From Basidiobolus meristosporus CBS 931.73 (lineage: Eukaryota; Fungi; Basidiobolomycota), in contig MCFE01000205.1 of NCBI GenBank assembly GCA_002104905.1, forward strand, positions 66,071-130,070: a DNA stretch of 64,000 nt. The letters are read 5' to 3'. Numbering within the stretch: position 1 is the stretch's first letter; each line of letters opens with the position of its first letter. Below the pieces are notes generated by a model that ran no database searches, was not told where the DNA came from, and saw only the letters and a list, made by a program, of their open reading frames with translations. Of the stretch, positions 51,384 through 61,110 are shown one piece after another. The position numbers and the translations under genes were made by a program.

Positions 51384-52472
51384 TTTGCTTTAGACTACTT
51401 ACATCAATATTAGACATAATATATAATGTAGTGAGCCTTGGAGAAACTTACAATTCCAATAAACCAATCGTACCACTTCGTGATCCACCATACTTACCTT
51501 TCCTGACCCAAGCATTGGTCCGTTTTCTTGGGTAACTAGGGAGGGTTGAAAGCTTGAAGCTGGGAATGGCTAATCGTATGCGAAGGAATCGCCATTTGTG
51601 AGCACAATCTTCGGGGATATTATGGCGAATTTCATATACAACCAGTTGCCCTGCCAACCAAATGGCTTCCAAAAATGGTCACATTTTGCTACCGCACTCC
51701 CGAAAGTCTAGATCGCTGCTGATGTTTGCGGGACGACAGCTTACATAATCGGACTTTTCGAGCAATCTCTGAAACCAATTTCTTGGTGAGTGTCATCTCA
51801 CATGGCCTGAAATTCACCACCGGGACAATTGTGGAAAGGATTTGTGCTGCTCTGGCCACCTGCCGCCTGGCACTTGACGCATAATACCCGCATGGACACA
51901 GCACCCGAACAAATCTTGTGCGCATTAGATGTCTGCTGAATCCTATTTCCCAGCGGCATTCGCTACGCTGGCCGAATATTCCATACGAGCCTTGGCCATG
52001 GGATACAGGTAAATGACTAAGCCCTGAGAAGACGATAAGGGCAAAGGTCCTTTTATGAGGCTCGTGTTAGTTAACACTCTGACAATATCGGATCATTGTG
52101 TTCTGGCGCGAGTTGCAAGAACTCCAGAAGGCATCAAAACATTAACCGTTGTGGAACTTTTCGTCTGAACCAATGGCATGTTTATTGATCATTGATTGTT
52201 TAGTGGCCAAAAGCCCAACCAGGATACGATCTCAATCCATGATGAAGCAGTGTCACGTGCCGCCGCTGACAGATTGGATGTATTTAGCTTGCGCATGGTA
52301 GAAATCACCAATTGTTGCCATGATGAAGTAAGATTACATTAATACTGCTAGAATCCTGATTAAATCTACATTATACAGTTTGGATCTAGCATCTTCAACG
52401 AACGCTAATTCCAGATGAAACGACGGTGCTTAGACTCCAATGTGATGGGTCCGCCAATTGCTAACCGCTGAT

Positions 52473-53396
52473 TTACACATTAGAACACAACTCCGGCTTC
52501 AAGTCAACACCAATACCGCGCAGTCTGGTTACCAGTCCTTCACATGCCGAGCGCCTTATCCCCCCCGGCGCAAGGAAATTCTCGGAAGCATGTGGCTTGC
52601 CTTGGCAAACCTTGATGTCTCCCTTCACGATCCTCAGAGCCTTGGCGTGAGTGACGATTTCTTCGCACGTCATATTGTTGATTACTTCCCTGGAGGGCCC
52701 AGTTACAATTTTGATCTTCAGACAAGCCTGCATGTCCACTTTATAGCCAAGATCGTGCAACCTTGAGGCGATATTTGGACAAACGTTATCCCCTTCGTTC
52801 TCCGAGAACCTCGGATACCGGTCAAGCTCGGAATTCTCCTTGTTACTGATGCCTACCACCATGCCCCGGCATATGCTGCTACTTACTTTAATCCCTAGTT
52901 TCTGCGCAGCCTTAACCAGCCCTTGACAGCCTTGCTTGGAGATCTCCAGATTTTCTAGATCGGCTGGTCCCAAATCAGTCCGGATTCTGGAGCAGATAGA
53001 AGGGTCTAGTCCACTTTGAAAGGGTTTAAGCTTTTCAATTAACCCACTACAAACACGCTGGAACCCATAGGTAGCTTCGAGGTTAGGGGTTGCAACATAG
53101 TTGGATAAGCAAATTGACGGGTCTACTTGAACCCCTCGTTCTTTAGCTAAAGACACCAGCTCGTGGCATGGAAGCTCTGATGGGTTCCCGTACTTTGTCG
53201 TTTTATCGCAAAGGTCGTTAGTGTTGGCGCATTTCCCTAGAGGGATATTTGCTTTAAAGCGGACGTTAAGCTGGGCAACCAGGTCCTCGCAGTATTTTGC
53301 GCCGGTTAATTGAGCATATCCTCTTTCCATCACGTATGCCGAAGCGATAAGAGCACTGTTGCTGAGTAATAACGTAGTGTAGGTGGTTAATTGCAT
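52473..53396 (-). CDS. Putative secreted Cys-rich repeat protein (307 aa from the ATG at 53396) with seven C-x18/19-C modules; function unknown
   Basis: Open frame; N-terminus MQLTTYTTLLLSNSALIASA looks like a signal peptide; internal repeat CxxLVxxxxxxGxxVxxxxC. Confidence 0.75.
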   Translation of the reverse strand: MQLTTYTTLLLSNSALIASAYVMERGYAQLTGAKYCEDLVAQLNVRFKANIPLGKCANTNDLCDKTTKYGNPSELPCHELVSLAKERGVQVDPSICLSNYVATPNLEATYGFQRVCSGLIEKLKPFQSGLDPSICSRIRTDLGPADLENLEISKQGCQGLVKAAQKLGIKVSSSICRGMVVGISNKENSELDRYPRFSENEGDNVCPNIASRLHDLGYKVDMQACLKIKIVTGPSREVINNMTCEEIVTHAKALRIVKGDIKVCQGKPHASENFLAPGGIRRSACEGLVTRLRGIGVDLKPELCSNV

Positions 53397-54173
53397 CTCT
53401 TGGTTCAACTCCGTGAAGGATAGAGGACAACTGGCAGAAAAGCCGGTCTGAAAGCGTCTTATATGTTGATCCGGAGGCGAAACACAGTGCCCTTACAAGG
53501 ACAAATTCATTTGCTGAGGGCCAGTAGAGCCTGCATTCATTTTCATGCCAGGCCGATTGTGAATCAGACTCGCGCGAATAGGTTGCGGTGACTTGCCAGA
53601 GGGGCCTCAATGGTGGCAGTCACGCGCTTTCTATGAATGACATTGTTTTGGTGCTCCACCCATTGTTCGCATTTAATTAACTCGCCACCCGTTAAATGCC
53701 TATCTGGTCGACCCGACGAATCCTGAAATTTCCATGAACAATTATGGAGCTCCGAGATCAGGCCGGCAGTCCGGATCACAACCATTGTCTGAGCAGGCCA
53801 TTGTATGAAATGTCATTCGAGCTGGTTGCATCTTCCATGTAGACATTGGAGGGTTGATCGTCCTTAGCTGACTGTGCAGTCGCTCGTGGGAAAGCGGCCA
53901 TGCCATGCATACCGCGTGTTGGAGAACATGCCGATCGAGCTATGTGCTCAATCCCAGCAAGTGTCCTTTCTGATGGCTTGTGGGAGTGCGATCAGCCCAG
54001 ATGGCATTTTTTTCTCATCAGAAACGAAAAAAATCGGCGTGGAGTTGATTGATCCGAGAGACATGGCTAAATTTCCCATCTCCTGTCTGTTCCTGGTACA
54101 TTTCAGGCCTGAGCCATACCCGTGACAGTTGAAAATCCCTCTTCCTCCCTGCCCCGACACTGATTCGTTTGCA

Positions 54174-55833
54174 ATGACGAAGCACATTCCAGTATCAAGT
54201 GAACCATACGCTACTTACACTTCGAAGTATCAAGCCCCATATGCCTCAAGAGGAAATTTCAACCGAACTTGGTTGCATTTGGATACCCGTAAGTTAGCGA
54301 GTCTTTTCACTCGGCTTGTTCCTTGAGCATTCCCAGCAGTACAGATTCTCATTCTTTGCATGTCACAGCGAATGAGCCTGAGGAAGAGTTCACCATCATC
54401 AGTTACAACATTTTGGCCGACTATTTGGCATTCAAAAATAGACATCTGTACTCGTACTGCCCGAATTCAGTTTTGACTTGGGCAAATAGAGGACGAAAGA
54501 TACTGAAAGAGATCCAAGGTGCGTTCAACCTCATATAGCATAGCAACCGTTCGCAGGTAGACTCCTAGCCCCGACAGAGGACGCTCCTGTACACTATCTG
54601 TGCAAAGTAGTTACTCACCTTGCTTGTATGCAGCCTACAAAGCCGATATTTATTGCCTTCAGGTAAATACTGCTGATGTGCTGTAGTGAAGGATGTTCTA
54701 ATGACTATACGATCACTGCCAGGAATGTGAGAAGAGGCACTTCCACTGCGATTTTGCACCCGCCTTGCGGCGTCTCGGATACCGATACGTATATAAGCAG
54801 AGAACTGGCGAAGACATGTGGGATGGATGCGCCGTACTGTACAACACAAAAAGGTACGATGCTCAGCCAACGCAGGTTGTGCGTTTGAATCTGTTCCTAA
54901 CGTCGCATTTCTGTTTCGTTCGCCACCTTTAGATTCGAATTGGTGAAGCATTGCACTGTGGAGTATAATAGTGATGACTTTATGGACAGAAACAACGTTG
55001 GGATCATTGTAGTATTAAGAGATTTGAGTGAGTAACAGTAAGTAATTCTCCTGCCAAAATCCCTGTGGTCCTAACACTGATCCATCTAGAAACCAATAGA
55101 AAGCTTTGTGTTGCCAACACCCATATCTTGTTCAACACCAAGCGTGGAATCCTCAAAATTGCTCAGTTGCAGAAGTTGCTCCTGTCGGCGTACGAGATTA
55201 TCTCCAGTCAGCCCATGCCCCTGGGTAAGTCATTCCACCTGCAGCATGGCTGTATCAATCACATTCTAACCGCTCTCTCCCAGTGATCTGTGGGGATTTC
55301 AACTCCACGCCACACAGCTTAGTGTACCGGTACATTAATGATGGTAAGCCTCGGACGTCTTTGCCTTGCCAGCCCACTGATGCTAACCGCCATCCCCCTT
55401 CCTAGGCGTAGTAGACTTGTCGAGCATGGATGAGATATTTATGTCGGGACAGGTTGAGCCGTTTGTCCCTCTCCATGCCCAGCCAAAGCGTGCTTATAAT
55501 GCCGAAACAATCCATGCGTTCAATGCAACCCAGGCTAGATTCCCCGAAGACGATTCAGTCAACCGGTGCATATTGAAGCATCCGTACAAGTTCCACTCGG
55601 GCTACGAGCATCCTATGCCATCTGAGGAATTCACTACACTTCATGACGATGCAAAGCTCATTTGTGACTACATCTTTTTTGGTGGATTAACCGAGCAATT
55701 ACGAGATTCCTTGCTATGCACCAGACAACTATCCCTTCCCAAAATCATAGACTGCACCATTCCTGGAATACCCGCTAAAGACGTGCCTTCGGACCATCTA
55801 CCGCTTGCGCTCGCATTCAGCTGGACGTCATGA
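54174..55833 (+). CDS. Multi-exon Angel/Ngl/CCR4-nocturnin family EEP phosphoesterase (start uncertain; a possible extra exon at 54063)
   Basis: Exons FTIISYNILAD, ADIYCLQ|E, YKQRTG...DGCA, RNNVG, VANTHILFN, ICGDFNSTP, CDYIF, PSDHLPL. Confidence 0.88.
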
Positions 55834-56738
55834 ATTCCAAGGCAAAGTGCCTCGCTGCAAGAGCTTGTGCGCTTCTTAGAATTCCGTGATCTCCATCATC
55901 TATGCATATATTCAGTCATGATCGGTTGATTTGTACTTTTATTTAATGTTAGCATTACTCTTGACAACGCTTCGCAACAAGATCGTCTGCGATGAATAAC
56001 AGTGCTGTTCGTTTGCAAATTGTTGTGGTAGACGTGACATAAACGAGACCCATCAGTTGCTGACTTATTACCCAAAGTGACGTTGTGGAGTTAAATTAAT
56101 TTCGTGGGATCATGCGGTCCATTGCGAGTAGCACAAGACCGCTAGAGTTGTGAGAATGGCCCCTACCTGTTTCACGCGTACTCAACATCCTGATTCTCAG
56201 ATTTGCCAAAATAACCAAACCCGGCTGAAATACATCCTAGCCATTTAGTGGGCTTGTTCTTTTGATTTTATTTAATTATTGAACAAGTGGCTACAGAATA
56301 CTTATAGGTTACTAATATCCTTAGCTTACAAAGGTGGGGAATTACACTACAATACCAGTTGGGTTTGTTTGTGATTAGATGGTTACATGAACAGCACAAG
56401 TTTAAATCCATAAATGGTGAAGTTGCTGCAGGGAAGGATTTTGGGACTGGTGGAAGATGTATTGGTAGCTCCCTACTAGTTCAACTTTTCTATTTTATTC
56501 AGCACCCTGCCTAAAAGCTGCTACTTCAATTGATCATGTATGGTCATACAGTAAGGATGGAGGCAATAACCCCTCCAAGATATAAGACTTCAACAATCAG
56601 TCAGGGGTAGGATGTAAATATTTAATGTACATATAAAACACTCACAAAGAGTAAGTTTTTACTATCTTATTGCTAAGCCAAGAATTATTGTTCTAGGATT
56701 GAGCCTGTTAGATATCAGCTATTGGTCAGAATTAGACA

Positions 56739-57010
56739 AGGGTTAGGGGGAGGAAAGGCACCAAGTGGTGAAATCTTTATTTACTTATGACAAGTATTTA
56801 AAGAAGCCTAGTTGATCAAAATTATTCCTAGAAAGCTAGGTCTGAGAGATATCTTCCTGGTAAACCAGGTCTGAAAGTTTAGAAGCTGAGTGGTATTTTA
56901 TTTCCTAGTTAGCCAGGCCTGAGAAGTGAGAATCTGAGTATATCTGAGGTGAGTTGTACTGGTTTGCCATAGCAAATTGTTGCTGGAATGACCAGTAAAC
57001 TGGGGGAACC
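56739..57010 (-). mobile_element. Short 3' fragment of a diverged non-LTR element fused to an interstitial AGGGTTAGGG remnant
   Basis: agggttagggggaggaaaggcaccaagtggtgaaatctttattt shares CACCAA..GGTGAAATCTTTATTT with the 3' ends at 59077 and 61111; the minus-strand frame is a degenerate coding remnant. Confidence 0.6.
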
Positions 57011-58450
57011 CCTATGAAAAGTTATTGAGATGATCCCATCAAAAGGCCATCACAAAGTTAGAGTCCCATGACTAAGAGGTACTGATCCTGTTGGGACACC
57101 ATCTAGAGACCATTGAAAAATAATTGCACCTCGGATTTCCCAAAAAACTTGGTCAAAACTTTTCATCACAATAACTTATAAGTGGCTTTTGATTGGTTCC
57201 CTGCCAATTTGCTCACTTTCTGATCCCAGACACTCTATTGCCTCCTATGTTTGTGCTAATTGATTTGCTATTGCCTCTTTTTCACACTCCTTACTTCCTG
57301 ACTCAACCATTTCTCTTACTTTTCATGCATACAAATTGATTTATTTCTGTTTAAACTTCAGTTGTAGCTCAATTGCCAATTGTGTTGACCTATACAAGTC
57401 TCTATACCCTACACTAACATCAAGCCCAACACTACACTCATCAAGTAACTCCATTAAAATCCACCACTCAATAAGTATTTCTCCTGTAATGCTCTGGTTC
57501 CATGACTTTTGCAGGAACCCAACAGCTTTATGCTACTGTTCATTCACTGGTTCCCACACATCCTGGTCTTCAGCTGGCACTGCAAGGTCTAGCGCCTCAT
57601 CTGCTAGTCTTTGCAATAAATCCCTGAATATTCCAGTGCGTTTTCTTGAGCACTGCTCTTGAAGAAGTGCTGCAACCTCTTGGTGTGCCTGTTAATGTTC
57701 CAAAACTCCACTGAAGGCATTGTGATAGTCTTTTGAGCTCTTGACATTGTAGCCTTGTCTGTCAGCGGGATCTCCACTCTATCAACAATGGAGGATGTGG
57801 AGGCTGTGGTAGACAAATTGTCCTTTTCAGCAAACTCATCTACCTTGCTGGGGTGTAGCTCAACTGGCTGGGCTTCCAACACTTGTGGAAACAGCTGTAT
57901 TCTTGTTGGTAATTCTTCTTGGCTATGATGGAGTTCAGTCTGTTCCTGGCTTGCAGTTTTTCTTGCATGCCCCCTGTCTCATGCTTGGTTAGATATTTTT
58001 CCCTTTGCCTTTTCCTTTATCACTGCCAGGTCTTTCACTTCTCCTTTGTCTGAGTGCCTCTTGAAAAGAACTACATTTTCTCTTGGATAAATTCTGCTCT
58101 GACACATCTGTTTTGGCCTGCTTGTCCCTTGCTGGCACTCTTCTGGCAACCTGATGTTTCTTTTCTGCTTGTTTTGAGCTCTCAATTGTGGTTGTGACAG
58201 GCTCCTGTAAAAGCAGCTGGTTTTTATCACTGCCAGATCCTTCACTGCTAGCTTGACTGGGTGCTTCTTGAGTGGTACTATGCTTTTTTCTTGATAAATG
58301 TTGTGTTGGTGCATCTGTGTCTGCCTGCTTGTCCCTAATTAGCACTCTTCCAGCTACCTGACATCTCTTTGACATGTGTCTGGAGCTTTTGGCCCCGCTT
58401 GTAATGGGCTTTTGAGGAAGCCACTGGTTTTTAGCCATGGCACCCTTGTT
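57011..58450 (-). repeat. Dispersed repeat family R, copy 4 (longest), including an internally duplicated ~47-aa basic motif
   Basis: ORFs 57989-58438 (QVA.RV..RDKQA.TD...GSDK twice) and 57604-57882; homologous to copies at 0.8-1.9, 9.4-10.0 and 23.4-24.4 kb. Confidence 0.7.
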
Positions 58451-59064
58451 CTTCTGCCTTTGATAGTTTCTGCTATTCTAAAGATACTTTCTTAGCATAC
58501 CAATGCTGGCCCAAAATCCATTTGCCCATTTGAATCCAGGATACTGCACATGGAACAAGTCTGTTGTGCATCAACATTTAAAACTTGGTCAATTTCACTC
58601 TGTTAGAAAATCTAGTACCCTAACTGATTTTCCCTATCCCAAACATAACTAATCCCTGTTACAGTTTATTTTATCACTTCTCCGAGTCTATTTTTAGCTG
58701 TCACACCTGATCAATTTTCATGTGGTCATTACATACTCAACTGATCTGCTAAGCCTTTCCAAGTGATTAATCATCTGAGATTTATCCAACCACTTAGCAG
58801 TTGCCAAGACATCAGCTGATTAATGATGCAATTTTTAATATATCTTATGCACCTATCAACACCCTAACAGATTTCATTTAGTCCAGTCTCTTGGCGCTTA
58901 CTAATGCAAATCAATCAGAAAAGTATAAATAAAGTTTACTAAACCTTTTGGTTTAGTGTGTGTCCCAATGAAATTAAGAATTCAACAAATCCACTCTAGC
59001 TTCTACCCAAGCTTTGCATATCTAGCACTCTCAAGAAAACCAAGCCTAGCCTGCATAGCAAACC

Positions 59065-59076
59065 TTAGGGTTAGGG
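59065..59076 (+). repeat. Interstitial telomeric remnant (TTAGGG)2 at the 3' junction of the inner non-LTR copy
   Basis: aacc-ttagggttaggg-gagagagtcacc. Confidence 0.9.
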
Positions 59077-61097
59077 GAGAGAGTCACCAACAGGTGAAAT
59101 CTTTATTTCAGTTGAAACAAAGAAGCCAGCGCTACTGTTGTAGCTTTGATACAAGAGTGTGTAGCTGAGGGGAATTTGAAGGTAAGTTAATAAGAAGTGA
59201 TGATAGTTCTTCAGTGCTCAAGACACTGTTCAGTGGGAAGGGGGGTAGCAACAGAGGTAAGAATGACTTGTGAACAACATTAATGAGGGGAATGTGATAA
59301 GGATTGATATTCATCATAAAGGGAGTGTGCTGCTGCAGATATTGCTGCCAAAGGTCTGTCAAGTACTTCAGGTAGGCCAGCTTGGGTTTTTCTGACTGCA
59401 GAATATAGTGAGCAAACTTCTTGACTTCAGGATCTCCAAGTATAGTTCTCCAGCAGGAGTCAGGTGTTGTGTGGTGTGTTCTCTTCCAGGCCTTAATCAG
59501 TGGGTTGTTGCAGTTGTGAAGTCTGAGGTATAATCTGGTTCTAAGGTAGAGAAGTCTGATCTTATAGGGCATAAACCCAAAAGCACCAAGAATAGCATGT
59601 CTGTAGGGGCATTCAGGCAAATGAGGCACCAAGGAGGTAATGCACCATACTGCAAACTTGTCAAGCTTAGTGCAGTCTCTAGAAGTAAGAGAGAGAAGTG
59701 GTAAGCCAAATTCCAGGACAGGGAAGACAAACTGCTTGAGTAGAAGGAGGCAGCTGGGAGCTGAAGTTGTAGGAGGAGTAACAGCCAGTAGCTTGTGGAG
59801 TGCCTGTCTTGCCAGGATAATTCTCTTCTTCAGGTGTGCTCCAGAGTCTAGTCCAGTAGGAAGGAAAGGAAAGCCAAGATATGTAGCAGAAACCTGAGCA
59901 GGTAGAGTGGAGTTCTCCAAGTTGATAGGAGAGCCCAAAGGTACTGTCTTTGCAATGGAAAGCTGGAGATTATTCTTCTGCAGATACTGCTGGATGGTCT
60001 GGGAGTCTTGTTGCACATTGAAGGAGGATATTCTGATGTCATCAGCAAAGAGAGTAACCAGGCAGTCAGCTGAGAGTCTTGGGAAATCATTCAGGAAGAT
60101 GGCAAACAGTATAGGACCAAGCACAAAGCCTTGAACCACTCCATTAGGAACTGAGAACACAGCTGATTGCTCACTTGGGTGCAGAATTCTTGCTTGTGGA
60201 TCCAGAAACAGAGACCTGACAAGGAGGGTGAGAGAGGTACTGGAGAAGCATTGCAACTTGGACCAAAGCAGATTTCTGTCAACTGAATCAAAGGCCTTAG
60301 TAATATCAAACAGAACAGAGGGATACTTGCACTGGAGAGAGTGATCTTGGCTAAGTATGACTGCATATTCCAAGGAGAGGCCAGGAACAAAGCCAAACTG
60401 TGCAGGATGAAACTTGAGGGAGTCAGAGTAGAGCTCCTGAGCAAGCAGAAGCTCAAACACCTTTCTGCAGGTGGGCAGCAGAGATATTGGCCTGTAGGAG
60501 CTAGGATCCAGGTGCTTTCCTTTACCCTTGTACAGTGGCAGAACATTTGCAAAGGACCATTTGTCAGGAGTAGAAAGCTGGGCTGAGCATTGCTGAAACA
60601 GTGGAAGCAGAAGTGCAGACATGGCCTTGGTACTAGTCTTCAGAAGCTCATAGGAGATTGTGTCCACACCTGGAGCAGTAGAGTTGGGAAGCCTCTTGAG
60701 CACATTATGGATTCTCCTTTGATCAAGTGCAAGTGAGATGGGCAGAGTCTTGAAGTCAGGATGAAAGCCAGGAGTTGAGTACTGCTTTGTAGAGAAGAAG
60801 ATGTTAGCCAGCTGTTCTGTTGAAGGTAACTTCCTGGAAGAGGGCCTCATTGCCCTGTAGAGTCTTGATACTGTTCTTGTTATAGAGTTGGAAGATTGCA
60901 GAGGCAAGGAACTCATAATATGATCCCAGAGCTGAGTATGCAGAGTGTGGTGAATTGCCTTGGAGTGGTGTATTGCTGTCAGGAGGAGTTTCTCTGTTTT
61001 TGGGTTAGGGAAACTCAGGTAGCTTTGTTGCAGGGCTGAAACAATGGATTCCCATTTTCTTGAGGTAACAGCAGTAGTCTTGCATGGCAGTGAGAGG
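59077..61097 (-). mobile_element. 5'-truncated non-LTR retrotransposon, inner copy (RT ORF 59132-60916; the frame continues toward the truncation)
   Basis: APGVDTISYELLK, SYRPISLLPTCRKVFE, QFGF, FDITKAFDSVD, GVVQG, LFADDI, YLGFPF; near-identical to the terminal copy. Confidence 0.95.
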
Positions 61098-61110
61098 TTT
61101 AGGGTAAGGG
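61098..61110 (+). repeat. Telomere-variant spacer TTTAGGG-TAAGGG between the two tandem copies
   Basis: Identity with the terminal copy ends at ...gcagt(g/a)agagg; the spacer follows, then the 3' end of the next copy. Confidence 0.85.

Noticed and set aside
58617-58868. Single CCCTAA hexamers
   Set aside because: Isolated, opposite polarity, expected by chance
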